Shown here in pieces: positions 7,614 to 18,100 of a stretch of DNA of 64,000 nucleotides. Source of the stretch: a virus; the IMG/VR virus record IMGVR_UViG_3300023174_000118, positions 1 through 64,000 of that record; one strand, written 5' to 3'. The position numbers and the translations under genes were made by a program. The notes beneath the pieces are model-generated. The model had not been told where the DNA came from. It was given only the letters and a program-made list of their open reading frames with translations, and made no database searches. Positions within the stretch are counted from its first letter, which is position 1. Every line of letters begins with the position of its first letter.

Positions 7614-8139
7614 CGGCTTCCTCTACTGAAACTGACTCAATTACTCCAGTTATTTGAGATAATCTTTTTGCAACATCCATTTTACACTTAGGGCAAGTCG
7701 ATGTAACTTCTTTTAAAATTCTAACAAGAACATCTTGTTTACGTTCTGTCTCTGCAATTTGTGCAGCAATCTCATTATTTTCTAATACTCCAATAGACTG
7801 TAGCATTGCAATTCTTTTAGTTTCAATATCAGCAATAAGTTTTAATGCTCCAGACTTAATACCTAGTTGCCCTGATGTATCTGCATCCTCTACCGTCTTC
7901 CACGCTTCTTTAATAAGCATGGCATAGTGCTGATCAGCCCCTGAGATGGCCTCTCGGGCACGATCTCTGATATTGCTATCATTATGTACTACATCTTTCC
8001 AGTCGTCGATTAGCTCTAAAACTTCTTTACGCTGGATGCCTGTAATTGTGGCGATTTGGGTGGCGGTACTTCCCTTGAGAAGTTCTTCTACAACCCTATT
8101 CATTCTATCAAAATGCTGTGATAATTCTATTTCGCTCAT
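7603..8139 (-). CDS. probable terminase small subunit (N-terminal HTH, coiled coil)
   Basis: Immediately upstream of and overlapping terL; HTH-like TATQIATITGIQRKEV. Confidence 0.65.
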   Translation of the reverse strand: MSEIELSQHFDRMNRVVEELLKGSTATQIATITGIQRKEVLELIDDWKDVVHNDSNIRDRAREAISGADQHYAMLIKEAWKTVEDADTSGQLGIKSGALKLIADIETKRIAMLQSIGVLENNEIAAQIAETERKQDVLVRILKEVTSTCPKCKMDVAKRLSQITGVIESVSVEEADVV

Positions 8140-8145
8140 TAATAT

Positions 8146-8174
8146 ATTATACTTTTAGTCGACTAAAATGTCAA
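8146..8174 (-). promoter_or_regulatory. consensus sigma70-type promoter TTGACA-17-TATAAT with a 16-bp palindromic spacer; leaderless
   Basis: TTGACA ttttagtcgactaaaag TATAAT atatta ATG read directly. Confidence 0.85.
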
Positions 8175-8503
8175 TTAGATTTATCCCTTACAATCTTATA
8201 TAATACTAAATATCCAATCAAATCATCAATATCATTGTCTCCAGCATATCCTTGATTATTCTTAACTCTATTTAACTTATCATCAATTCGAACCTTTAAT
8301 TGTTCTGTTGAGTCCGCCGTTGAAAATATTCTTGCAGGCTCTAAAGCAGAGTTTCCATATGAGATATTCTTTTCAATTAGCATGTGTGCTATCTCATGAC
8401 ACGTCGACCAAATCTTATTACCTGCAGGAGCACCTACAGATTTTAAATATAGGTCATTGCAATTAAATTGCGTAACATCTTCAAATACTGGTCTTAATTT
8501 CAT
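8171..8503 (-). CDS. nucleotide-modification-associated (DUF1599/Nmad-like) helical protein
   Basis: KNISYGNSA...RIDDKLNR...DDLIGYLVL pattern recalled for this family; start placed at MKLRP (ATGA overlap). Confidence 0.6.
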   Translation of the reverse strand: MKLRPVFEDVTQFNCNDLYLKSVGAPAGNKIWSTCHEIAHMLIEKNISYGNSALEPARIFSTADSTEQLKVRIDDKLNRVKNNQGYAGDNDIDDLIGYLVLYKIVRDKSN

Positions 8504-9219
8504 TGTGTACCTCTCACTAAGGGATCCTGAATCCATTGAATATAGCTTCCATCATTCCATGCTTGGCTTCCATAAATATGTTTTACAGACTCAAAATGAA
8601 ATATTCTCCACTGATCTTTGCCGTAACAGTGGAATTTATACAGTTTAGCATTATCTGATGAGTTTAACAAGTCTACATCATCTATTAAATTTGTTACTGA
8701 AATTTCTAGTGCCTTATTAATTCCTTCTGTCCATATAGCAGGACCAGTGTGGCTATGCACAAAATGTGGTGAGCCGTATTCTGGGTTTAATAGTCTATCT
8801 TTAATTAGATCTAATACTGACTTTAAAATTGGATTTTTTGCTGATGAGGCAAATGTCCATTGACAAAAGTGTTTATCTGTTTCAGGACAAACAATAAAAT
8901 CTTTATCTTCTAAGATCCATGTGTCTATGGGCGACATACAGTGTGTATCTAAATCTGCATAAACTCCACCATATTTATATATAACCATGTATCTCCACAA
9001 GTCTCCACGCATAACTCCAATTGGTAGCCCTATAAAAATATCATGCCATTCCTGGCCAAATTCTTGCAAAACAAAATCTGCTGCTTGAACGTCATCCATA
9101 TATCTATGTTGATACTCTGGATTAAAATCTTTCCAGGTGTTCATTGCCGAATGCATGTACCAAGCAAGATCATCGTAAGGATCCTTATAGGTTTGCCATA
9201 TAACTTTAGGAATTGTCAT
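8500..9219 (-). CDS. DXD-motif glycosyltransferase (GT32/OCH1-like)
   Basis: IPKVIWQT, RGDLWRY..IYKYGGVYADLD and TGPAIWT motifs. Confidence 0.9.
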   Translation of the reverse strand: MTIPKVIWQTYKDPYDDLAWYMHSAMNTWKDFNPEYQHRYMDDVQAADFVLQEFGQEWHDIFIGLPIGVMRGDLWRYMVIYKYGGVYADLDTHCMSPIDTWILEDKDFIVCPETDKHFCQWTFASSAKNPILKSVLDLIKDRLLNPEYGSPHFVHSHTGPAIWTEGINKALEISVTNLIDDVDLLNSSDNAKLYKFHCYGKDQWRIFHFESVKHIYGSQAWNDGSYIQWIQDPLVRGTQ

Positions 9220-9730
9220 TATCAAACCTTGCAATAAATGTACCAGTTACTTCAAATTTTTTATGCTCAATAATATTACTAAACTTTTCTAGTACTCTTT
9301 CTACTGTCCAGTCTTCTTCTACGTGTACCTCATATGGGTTGCCATTGATTGCATCCTGATGGTAATGAATAATAGGAATAGATATGATTGCATATTTTGC
9401 CTGTTTTGAAATCTTATCCCATAGATTTATAGCGTCAGGCTCAGACATATGCTCAAGAATATCTCCTAGTATAACTAAATCATATTCAAAGTTTGTCATA
9501 TCTCTTACATCCATCGCAAATAGCTTATCGTATCTATTTAATAGGTTGAATTGATCTATGTATGGTTGCCATACCTCTACTGCATTTACTATTACCCCCG
9601 CTCCCAACCTTTCTCTGATAAGATCTAGATAGGTTCCTTGCCCAGCACCGACATCTAGCACGGTTTGTGGGCGCAGCTCAATTATTTTTTGTTGAGCCCA
9701 TGGCTTGTTTTCTGGATTAGAGTATCCCAT
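9206..9730 (-). CDS. class I SAM-dependent methyltransferase
   Basis: VLDVGAGQG motif I; YDLVILGDILEH. Confidence 0.9.
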   Translation of the reverse strand: MGYSNPENKPWAQQKIIELRPQTVLDVGAGQGTYLDLIRERLGAGVIVNAVEVWQPYIDQFNLLNRYDKLFAMDVRDMTNFEYDLVILGDILEHMSEPDAINLWDKISKQAKYAIISIPIIHYHQDAINGNPYEVHVEEDWTVERVLEKFSNIIEHKKFEVTGTFIARFDNDNS

Positions 9731-10412
9731 TTAATGCTTCTCTCTTTTGCTTTGTTTGAAATGTTGACTCTATAGGAAATAAAGAACAGGCTGTAGATGA
9801 TTCTGGCTTTAATGTAAAAATATTAAATAAGTGTGTCTGTCTAAACATATGCCAGTCTAGTGGCAATGATATTCTAGTTGATGACTCAAGCAATCTCTCT
9901 GCTCCCTTTCTAGTTATAATATAGCATAAGCATGACCAATCTTGATATGGGTAGCATACATCAATAGCTCCGAAGTCGTTAGTATGATTATATTTATAAA
10001 ATTGATCTTCTGGTGCAAAAAGGTGCAGCACATCCCAATCATCTGGCATTTGTAAAATAGAGTCTTTTAATATATCAATAAACTTACGACTATAAACAAT
10101 GTCATCTTCCATCAATATTAAATAATCTGAATCTGTTTCAAGAAATTTTTTCCATGCTGTTCTATTGCTTGCCCAGATACCGATCTCTCCGTACCTCCAC
10201 CCTTGCTCGCCGTCTAAAGAATAGCCTGAAGGATCTACAATAAAATCAGGGTTGTTGCTAGCAAACTTTAAATATTCATCATTAGATAAAATTTTAAATG
10301 TTGGTGTATCAAGTTGATCAGAGTATAAAGAAAGATAATCATTAATACTATTTACCAAATGATCCCTGTCATTTTGCTGCTCAATGTGAAAAACTTTATG
10401 AGTAAATTTCAT
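9717..10412 (-). CDS. glycosyltransferase family 25
   Basis: GEIGIWASN..AW, LILMEDD, YIITRKGAERLL and PLDW motifs. Confidence 0.85.
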   Translation of the reverse strand: MKFTHKVFHIEQQNDRDHLVNSINDYLSLYSDQLDTPTFKILSNDEYLKFASNNPDFIVDPSGYSLDGEQGWRYGEIGIWASNRTAWKKFLETDSDYLILMEDDIVYSRKFIDILKDSILQMPDDWDVLHLFAPEDQFYKYNHTNDFGAIDVCYPYQDWSCLCYIITRKGAERLLESSTRISLPLDWHMFRQTHLFNIFTLKPESSTACSLFPIESTFQTKQKREALNGIL

Positions 10413-10555
10413 CTCTTTTTAATCAATCCAAACTGATCTAGGTATCTCTGTATGGTCATAGCGGATACATTACACTCTTTAGCTATCTCTGTGACTGTCT
10501 TTTTCTGCAAGACATATCTACGGTGTAGCCAATCTCTACTCTGATAATATTTCAT
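10409..10555 (-). CDS. small HTH protein (48 aa, MKYYQSRDWLHRRYVLQKKTVTEIAKECNVSAMTIQRYL...)
   Basis: Manual translation; ATGA overlaps at both ends; HTH pattern. Confidence 0.8.
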   Translation of the reverse strand: MKYYQSRDWLHRRYVLQKKTVTEIAKECNVSAMTIQRYLDQFGLIKKR

Positions 10556-11118
10556 CGTTCCGTCAATATACTGTTTGAATAATGTGCAATCCCGAATGAA
10601 TCTGCCACATCAAAATCTGATAATGCTAGGTTATATTTAGAGTTAAAGTAATCTACTGTTCTTTGCTTACGCATATTACGTAATTGATTTTGGTACCAAG
10701 AGTCTGCATAGCCTGGGCTCTTTACCCTAATAGCCGCTTTTTCCTCTTTTGTAGGGTTCTTGTTGCCTATGTATGACTGCCAAGAGGAAGGTCCTATTGT
10801 AATAACCTTTGCTCCCGTAGACATAAGCTCTGCAATAACAACACCATAAACATATGATAGTTTAATTACAGCATCTGCAGACTTTACAAACACTGCACCC
10901 TCAACAACAATATAGTCTGATTTAAGTTCATCCAACATTGAAGCCATCTTAATTTTAGCATCATGAATTTTTTCATATATGTCATTTCCTGTTAGATTAA
11001 TTTTTCCCCACTTTAATGGAACATCGTTCTCCATTAAGCAAAAAGCAATAGAGTTAGTTGAAGCGTCTATGCCTAAAACTCTATTTGCTTGAGTTTTCTT
11101 TAAACTAGCTAATGTCAT
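10552..11118 (-). CDS. ruvC: RuvC-like Holliday junction resolvase
   Basis: VLGIDAS, IVVEG and DVADSFGIA acidic catalytic motifs. Confidence 0.85.
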   Translation of the reverse strand: MTLASLKKTQANRVLGIDASTNSIAFCLMENDVPLKWGKINLTGNDIYEKIHDAKIKMASMLDELKSDYIVVEGAVFVKSADAVIKLSYVYGVVIAELMSTGAKVITIGPSSWQSYIGNKNPTKEEKAAIRVKSPGYADSWYQNQLRNMRKQRTVDYFNSKYNLALSDFDVADSFGIAHYSNSILTER

Positions 11119-11383
11119 TTATCATCCTAAACAGTTTGCTTTTGTTTTCAAGATTTATATTTTTTTCGCATGTTGCACAAAAATCACCTTTATTATATCT
11201 GCTTAACTGATATCCGCACCTAGAACATGGACGCAAGGCGCCATTTCTAATAGCTTTACGCTCATAATACTTTTCCATAATTCTACGGTTAGTAGCAATT
11301 CGGCAACATTCATCAGTACAATACTTTTGATTGTGTGTCTTTGGAGTAAAGTCTTTTTTACATTCCGAATTGGCGCAGATCAT
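11105..11383 (-). CDS. Cys-rich zinc-finger protein
   Basis: Multiple CxxC-type pairs. Confidence 0.75.
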   Translation of the reverse strand: MICANSECKKDFTPKTHNQKYCTDECCRIATNRRIMEKYYERKAIRNGALRPCSRCGYQLSRYNKGDFCATCEKNINLENKSKLFRMINDIS

Positions 11384-12171
11384 ACAGAAGGAACCTCAAA
11401 TTTTTCAATTTGAATTGTGCCTATTGGTGTCTCTTTAGAGTAACACTCTTTTTTAACTGGGCAATATGTACAAGGCATCTTTGATTTAGTAGCCCCTGCA
11501 GGTCTCATTGGTAGGTCGCCATCTTTAAAATTATCCCATACTTCGCACATCCAAGCAAAGGTATCTTCAATAATTTTTGTATTTCTTTCATTCATTGAAA
11601 TTGGAATGACAAGTATTTCTTGAGTGTTTTTGTTCTCATATAAAAAGAAACCTTCTTTGGCATTCTTTAATTTCATATAAGTTAGCAACTGAAGCATATG
11701 ATTAGCAGTAGGTTTCATCTCAGACTGTCTTGTATCCCATACTTCTTGCTTAGCCGTCTTGATTTCACCAATAACGGTTTCACCATCGTACTCCATAATA
11801 AGATCTATAAATCCTCTGATTGGTGGATATTCGTTAAGAATCTCTTCTTCTTCTGCTTTAAACTGTGGCATAGATGAAATAAGTTTTTGAAGTCTTTCAT
11901 GTGCTTGTGTACCCTGTGCCATATTGGCAACTGCAACTGCATCATTATCATCTATAAACATTGCCCCAGAGAAAGCCATATACCAATATCGTGGACATGT
12001 TCCATGGCCATATCCAAGGGAACTTGGGCTAAATGACTTCTTAGTCATGTCTCCGTCTGCACGTTTTGTATTTCTATATGACTCATCAAGCAAGCTTGCA
12101 AAAAGCTCTGGATCAAAAAATTTACCAGTGTACTTTTTAAACTTTAGATTCTTTACTATATCTCTAGCCAT
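11380..12171 (-). CDS. Cas4-like / PD-(D/E)XK exonuclease
   Basis: CPR, GTQAHE, GFID..GEIKT, QLLTY and C-terminal CTYC...C motifs. Confidence 0.88.
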   Translation of the reverse strand: MARDIVKNLKFKKYTGKFFDPELFASLLDESYRNTKRADGDMTKKSFSPSSLGYGHGTCPRYWYMAFSGAMFIDDNDAVAVANMAQGTQAHERLQKLISSMPQFKAEEEEILNEYPPIRGFIDLIMEYDGETVIGEIKTAKQEVWDTRQSEMKPTANHMLQLLTYMKLKNAKEGFFLYENKNTQEILVIPISMNERNTKIIEDTFAWMCEVWDNFKDGDLPMRPAGATKSKMPCTYCPVKKECYSKETPIGTIQIEKFEVPSV

Positions 12172-12510
12172 TTAGGAGTTATACCTCACAACATATTTAA
12201 GCGCATCAACCAATTTGTCTATGGACTCTTTTACAGAATAATATATATTCTTTTTATTATTATTAGCCGTTCCAGCCTTGTCCTTAGCAATTGTAGAATA
12301 TACAGATGCAAGCACTGCAAATTTTGTTGACATTGCTTGAAGCTCCATAATTAAATGGGGGGCTTTTGCTGATGGAACATCAGGATTCATTAATAATTTT
12401 ACCACAATTGCAAGTGCTCTGTCTAAGTGTTCATCTTTCATAAACTCATGCAGATCATTGAACTCTGTAATATCACTAATTAACTCAAGAGTATTTTTAT
12501 CTTCTGCCAT
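12172..12510 (-). CDS. hypothetical phage protein
   Basis: Start placed at MAEDK (TAATG coupling); helical. Confidence 0.75.
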   Translation of the reverse strand: MAEDKNTLELISDITEFNDLHEFMKDEHLDRALAIVVKLLMNPDVPSAKAPHLIMELQAMSTKFAVLASVYSTIAKDKAGTANNNKKNIYYSVKESIDKLVDALKYVVRYNS

Positions 12511-12668
12511 TATGCAAATCTTCCAATCAGGCCGTAGCCTAGCCACAAGCCAAAAATCCCCATTAGACCAGCAAATACTGGCGGCGCTGGCACTGGTAGT
12601 TTAAATAAAGCAAAAACTATACCTACACCCATTCCAGTAATTGTTGTCATTAAAATTTCTTTAATCAT
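12510..12668 (-). CDS. XapX-domain (DUF1427-like) two-TM small membrane protein
   Basis: Manual translation MIKEILMTTITGMGVGIVFALFKLPVPAPPVFAGLMGIFGLWLGYGLIGRFA; LPVPAPP signature. Confidence 0.8.
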   Translation of the reverse strand: MIKEILMTTITGMGVGIVFALFKLPVPAPPVFAGLMGIFGLWLGYGLIGRFA

Positions 12669-13091
12669 TTAAAATGGAACCTCTACTTCTGTAATATCCC
12701 ATTTAGTAGGAGCTGACCATGAATCTGACTTAAGAGATTGCTTAAAACTACCTGATTCATTCTTTGATAAAGACCATGTTGTTACTGCAATTGTATCTGC
12801 ATTTACATCATAAGATGTGCGGCTGTTACCTTCTTTGTCTTTCCAGGTCTCTTCATAAATCTTACCTACTATAACTACTTCTTGGCCCTTTTTTAGAGTA
12901 GCAATACTCTGTTCTGCCAAGCTCTTCCACGCCTTGACGGTCCACCAAGATGTATCTTTATCATCCCATTTACCCGTTGAATCATTCTTTACACGGTCAT
13001 TAGATACGATACGCAATCTAACTCCGCCTCCATTAAGCTTAACTGGATCTTGTCCTACTCTGCCAACTATTGTAATTATTGGATTAGCCAT
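12669..13091 (-). CDS. ssb: bacterial-type single-stranded DNA-binding protein
   Basis: ITIVGRVGQDP, KGQEVVIVGKI, WKDKEGNSR; acidic C-terminus ending EVPF. Confidence 0.92.
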   Translation of the reverse strand: MANPIITIVGRVGQDPVKLNGGGVRLRIVSNDRVKNDSTGKWDDKDTSWWTVKAWKSLAEQSIATLKKGQEVVIVGKIYEETWKDKEGNSRTSYDVNADTIAVTTWSLSKNESGSFKQSLKSDSWSAPTKWDITEVEVPF

Positions 13092-13392
13092 TGTTATTTT
13101 CCTCCCAGAATGCGATCAAGTCTTCTAAGACTGACCACTCAATGATTCCAAGACGAACCTTGGAATCCTCACCGATAATAATTTTAAGTGCAGGATGCAT
13201 GTCTCTGCTTACCTTAAAAGTATCTGTACAGATTTTAGCCCATACATCTTTATTTAAATTAAATGATGCTTTGGCTTCCTTATAATCTACAAGAAATTGA
13301 TTCCATTTAGCATCACCTTTTTGATAATCACCACGCCCACTATTTTTTTGAGCCTTAGCGCCATCACGTTTTACTTCTGATCTTTCTGACAT
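13084..13392 (-). CDS. PD-(D/E)XK endonuclease, Hjc-like resolvase candidate
   Basis: NSGRG...KGDA...LVDYKE motif. Confidence 0.6.
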   Translation of the reverse strand: MSERSEVKRDGAKAQKNSGRGDYQKGDAKWNQFLVDYKEAKASFNLNKDVWAKICTDTFKVSRDMHPALKIIIGEDSKVRLGIIEWSVLEDLIAFWEENNNG

Positions 13393-13580
13393 TATCCGAC
13401 CACATAAGAATTCTTATGTCCGTCTGGACACTCCCAAGATATAGTCATGGAGACTGCGTCCCAGAAATACTCTTCCGAATCCTTGTCACACTTGTTACAA
13501 GGTTTTATTCCACCTATTTTTTCAAGTTCTGGAGAAAAGATACGCTCTGGCTTATTAAGAAACTCGTTAATGTTTGGCAT
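13392..13580 (-). CDS. small Zn-binding hypothetical protein
   Basis: CNKC...CPDGH; coupled to neighbouring genes. Confidence 0.7.
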   Translation of the reverse strand: MPNINEFLNKPERIFSPELEKIGGIKPCNKCDKDSEEYFWDAVSMTISWECPDGHKNSYVVG

Positions 13581-14571
13581 TTATGTCTCCAATTAAGCTG
13601 TCTACAACATCTAGATTTTCCTTTAAATATGCTACAGCCTTTGCACGTCCTTGAAAACGTTCTCCATTTACTGTGTACCATGCGCCACCCTTTTCTATAA
13701 TGCCGCACATTTCTGCAACATCTAAAGTTTCTCCAACACTATCTACACCAAGAATATCCCCTTGGTAGTAGAAGTCGTATTGTCCCGATAAATTTGGGGG
13801 GCCAAGTTTGTTGTAATCAATAATCCAGTTAACTGGCCTGCCAACTCTTTGTTCAATAATTTTGTCGCCAACTTTAATGCCAGCCTTGATAGCGTTAGCC
13901 TCAGCTTCAGACGACCAGAGTTTAATAACTGTGGAAGAGAAGAACTTGACAGCCATGCCGCCCGTGGGGATGTGACTAGCATGCATAGATCCAAATTGAT
14001 TTCGTTGTTGTGAGATGAGAACAAGTAATGTGTTTTTGTTTGCATAGTTTAACATCTTGACTGCGTGGGTCATATCCTTTGCTTCAGCGCCGATTTGCTT
14101 TGTATCTTGCAAATCCTTCATTTCATTTCCGTCTTTTTCAAAATAAATTGCAGGTAGCAATGCTGAGATTGAATCTACAACAATCATATCAACGCCTGCA
14201 TCCATCAACTTTGTAGCAACATCAACCATATCATTGACAGTTTTTGCTGATGAGTAGATAAGAGAAGAGGAATCTACTCCTAGCTTTTCTGCCCAAGATT
14301 GGTCGTAGGAAGCTTCTGCATCAATCCATGCACAAGTCTTACCTTCTTTTTGTGCAAGAGCAATCATCTGTAGGCAGAAAGAAGACTTACCAGCAGATTT
14401 ATTTCCCCATACAAGTACTTGTCTGCCGTAACCCAAACCTCCACGCAGCGCAAAGTTTAAACCAATACTAGGTGTTAGTTGCTTTTCAACTTGTACATCC
14501 TGTGCGGATTGAACTCTTGCTCGTGTTTTTGGATCTAGCTTGGCTAAAATGCCATCTATTTCTATTGTCAT
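13567..14571 (-). CDS. recA: RecA/UvsX-like recombinase
   Basis: Walker A GNKSAGKS, WIDAE, IVVDSI and GGAWY motifs. Confidence 0.95.
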   Translation of the reverse strand: MTIEIDGILAKLDPKTRARVQSAQDVQVEKQLTPSIGLNFALRGGLGYGRQVLVWGNKSAGKSSFCLQMIALAQKEGKTCAWIDAEASYDQSWAEKLGVDSSSLIYSSAKTVNDMVDVATKLMDAGVDMIVVDSISALLPAIYFEKDGNEMKDLQDTKQIGAEAKDMTHAVKMLNYANKNTLLVLISQQRNQFGSMHASHIPTGGMAVKFFSSTVIKLWSSEAEANAIKAGIKVGDKIIEQRVGRPVNWIIDYNKLGPPNLSGQYDFYYQGDILGVDSVGETLDVAEMCGIIEKGGAWYTVNGERFQGRAKAVAYLKENLDVVDSLIGDINAKH

Positions 14572-14600
14572 TTAAACTCTTTCTTTCCTATAGTATAGCA

Positions 14601-14948
14601 TTAAAATAAATTTCCGTGAAGCTTTTGTCGTTCCTTATTTATATTAATTTTCTTTTCTAGAATTTCATCTAGGCTGTGTAATACCTGTTCTTCATTTCTC
14701 ATTGCAGCATAAACATCAAGCAGTCTAATTATTACATCAGCCATTTCTTCTACAATGTTTTCGCTTCCTTTTGATTTTCTAATAGCTTCTAAAACTTCAG
14801 TTACTTCTGAATGAACTAAAGCTAATTTATTTCCAATTTTGTCATGGTTATACTCTCCATCCCAAAATCCTTTTTCAATTGCAATTTCATGAAGCATGGC
14901 AGACAATGCGTCTAACCCATACTCAGTCAGAATCTGATTTGATTCCAT
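14601..14948 (-). CDS. mazG: MazG-like NTP pyrophosphohydrolase
   Basis: LVHSEVTEVLEAIRK...EEMADVIIRLLD. Confidence 0.85.
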   Translation of the reverse strand: MESNQILTEYGLDALSAMLHEIAIEKGFWDGEYNHDKIGNKLALVHSEVTEVLEAIRKSKGSENIVEEMADVIIRLLDVYAAMRNEEQVLHSLDEILEKKININKERQKLHGNLF

Positions 14949-15138
14949 CTGTCTCCCTCAAACTAAAAGTAAATGACGGACCCGTTTCGTCATAATCTAT
15001 TACTAACTCTTTGTTACTAACATTAACATCTAAAAACCTTAATGTTGGAACAACTACTTTCTCGTGTTCTTCAAGAATAGCAACTAAGACTTGATTCATA
15101 TTAATTGAAGCAACTAATTCTTCTATATCCTGTGTCAT
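14923..15138 (-). CDS. hypothetical protein
   Basis: 71-aa ORF overlapping dnaE stop. Confidence 0.7.
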   Translation of the reverse strand: MTQDIEELVASINMNQVLVAILEEHEKVVVPTLRFLDVNVSNKELVIDYDETGPSFTFSLRETDGIKSDSD

Positions 15139-18100
15139 TTTATTTCCTTTACCATTAAAGTTCCGTCATCTAAAGTGGACAGAACAACCTTACACTTCAT
15201 TCCTTCTCGCATTTTTGCTAGGGACATTTTATACATTGTTGGGAAAGCAATAACTCTGGTTAATTCTTTCTGTGCATTTGAAAGAACTATATGGCTCATT
15301 GTTTTGCCAGCCTTAGTCACATATGGAGTAAAGTCTACTACAACATATTCGTCTTCTTCAAGATCATATTCCTTTTTGTATAAGTAGTCTACGAATGAGT
15401 TAGACCCTGTTGGATCAATCTCACTAACCTTTACATAACGAGCAATTCTATTATCTCCGACAAGAATGAAATACATCTGTCCAGTTTCTATCTGGGTTTG
15501 CTCTATATGGAATAGACCAATGGATCCCGTTTCATCTACCAACTCGATACGTGCCCATCCATTACCACGCTTGATTGACTTAACCATACCAAACATAACG
15601 AATGAACCTAGGTCTTCAAACTCTTCAATCGGTCTTGCTTGTAATTTAATACGTGGTGGAATTCCTTCTAGGTTAAATGTAGGTATACCTAGATATTCGT
15701 AGTAACTATCTTTTTCGTTTCCGCTTCTAGGATTATCTGGGAATGCCGCTCCGCCAATTGCATTTAAAGCAGATATAGCACGGCTATTGATTCCGCTACC
15801 TTTTTTAGAAGCTTTATCAATAAACTCCGAGTAAGAAGCAAATGGTCTTTGATCAATAATTTTGTTTGCAATACTATCTGAAATAAACTTTACTTCTCCG
15901 AGACCAAATCTAATCGAGTCTTCCTTTAAAGAAAAAAATATATCAGACTCGTTGATATGTGGAAGCTTAATACTTAACTTTAATCTCTTAGCCTCAATCA
16001 GATACTCTGTTCTTTTGTCTTTGTCATTTTCGTTTTTAAGAATCGAGAACATAAATTCCAAAGGATAATAAGTCTTGAGCCAAGCAGTATAATAAGATAG
16101 CATAGAGTAAGCAACAGCATGGGAACGGTTAAAAGAATACCCAGCGTGAGCCTCGAAAGTATGCCAGAGCGTTTCGGCTTGCTTCTTAGAAATGTGTTTT
16201 GAAGCCCCAGCAATAAACCTATCTTTGAATTGGTCGAACTCTTTTGCATCTTTCTTCTTTCCAATAATCTTGCGGACCTTATCAGCCTCTGACCAAGTCA
16301 TACCGCCCAGGTGTACGCATGCCTGCATAACCTGCTCCTGATATATAATAACACCATATGTATTCTCGGTAAAAGGCTTCATAATTGGATGAATAAACTG
16401 GACTGCTTCATTACCGTGTTTACGCTTAATGTAAGAAGCACCCACTGTATTCATGGCTCCTGGACGAACTAATGCATTTGATGCAGCAAGGTCTTCAAAC
16501 TTATCTACACCCATCTTGATTAGCAAATTGGTGTACGGAGTTGCTTCTGCTTGAAACACTCCCTTTGTATATCCTTCGCTTAAAACCTTATAAACATCTG
16601 GATCGTCAAGGGTTAACTCTGAAAGATTAATATTTTTGCCTGAGCGTTTTTTAATTGAAGCAAGTGTATCTGAGATCACAGATAAAGTCTTAAGACCTAG
16701 TGCATCTAGCTTAATAAGACCTATATCTGCAACCGTATCCATATCGTATGCGACGACAGGAATTCTACCTGATACTAAATCACTTGCGTCCGCTCTTGAT
16801 TCAACAGGAGCATATTTTCTTAAATCATCTTTTGCAACTACAACACCTGCAGCGTGTACTCCAACAGATCTAATTCTTCCACGAAGTCTATCTGCAAGCC
16901 ACAAGACTTCAGGGTATTTGGTTCTAAACTCCTTAGTATTTGGCGACTCAACAAAGTCTTCAAAGGTATCAATAGACTTCATTGCACGGTTAACATCTGA
17001 AAGTGGAACCATAAATACACGAGCAGCATCTCTAATTACACCCTTATCTTTAAAGTAAGTGTATGTAGAAATAGATGCAACGTGCTTAAACTTCTTCTTT
17101 AAATAATCCTTAACCTCTTTACGACGGCGGTCTTCAAAGTCTGTATCAATATCTGGAAAGTCATTACGTTCTGGATTAATAAAACGGAAGAACAGTAAAT
17201 CATACTCTATTGGGTCCACATCAGTAATTCCTAATGTATAACAAACTAAAGATCCAGCTGCGGAACCACGGCCAGGACCGACCATAATATTATTTTCTTT
17301 AGCCCAGTTAATCATATCTGCCACAACTAGAAAATATGATGCAAAGGACTTGTTTCTAATTACTTCTAATTCTTCCATTAATCTTTGCTCATACACATCA
17401 TTTCCTAGCCAGCCGTCTGTTAAACGTAGCCTTTCTAGGCCCTGGAAGGCCATCTCAGCCAGTTTCTGGTCGGCATCGGTCTTGGGTACTGGGAGCAGGT
17501 CTAAACCCCTGTTAAAATCGTATTCTTCAATTTTTTCAGATATCTCAATAGTATTATCATATATATCTGTACGAGTAATTCCAGCCTTATTAAAATCATA
17601 CTCAATTTCAGACCTTGATTGAATAAATAAATTATAGTCCTGAAAGGATATTCTACGGTCTGGATATAAGTAATTTAATCTTTCATTAATATCTTTAATC
17701 TGTCTAGACATTTCAAAGTCAGCATCCTTATCCATTTTAGGGGATGTTGATAATATAAGCATTGCCTCTTCTAGTACACGGTCTTCTTCTTTAGCAAAGT
17801 GAGCATCACCTGTTGCCACCGCCTTAATTTTAAGTTCATCTGCTAATTTTAATAGGGCAGAGTTAATTGGTTCAGGGTTATGGGATTGAACCTCAACATA
17901 AAAATCTGGGCCAAATGTCTTCTTAAATCCTTCAAGTAAAGTTTTGGCCTCATCTAGACTGCCTCTATCAATAGCCTTACTAATTAATCCATTAAGACAT
18001 CCACTCAGAACAATGATACCTTCGCTGTATTGATCTAATACTTCCTTATCAATTCTTGGCTTATGATAAAAGCCTTCGTTCCAAGCAAGCTCTTGGAGAG

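Noticed and set aside
11380-12171. Cas4-like gene as evidence of a CRISPR-Cas system
   Set aside because: No cas1/cas2 or array seen; stand-alone Cas4-like nucleases are common in phage recombination modules
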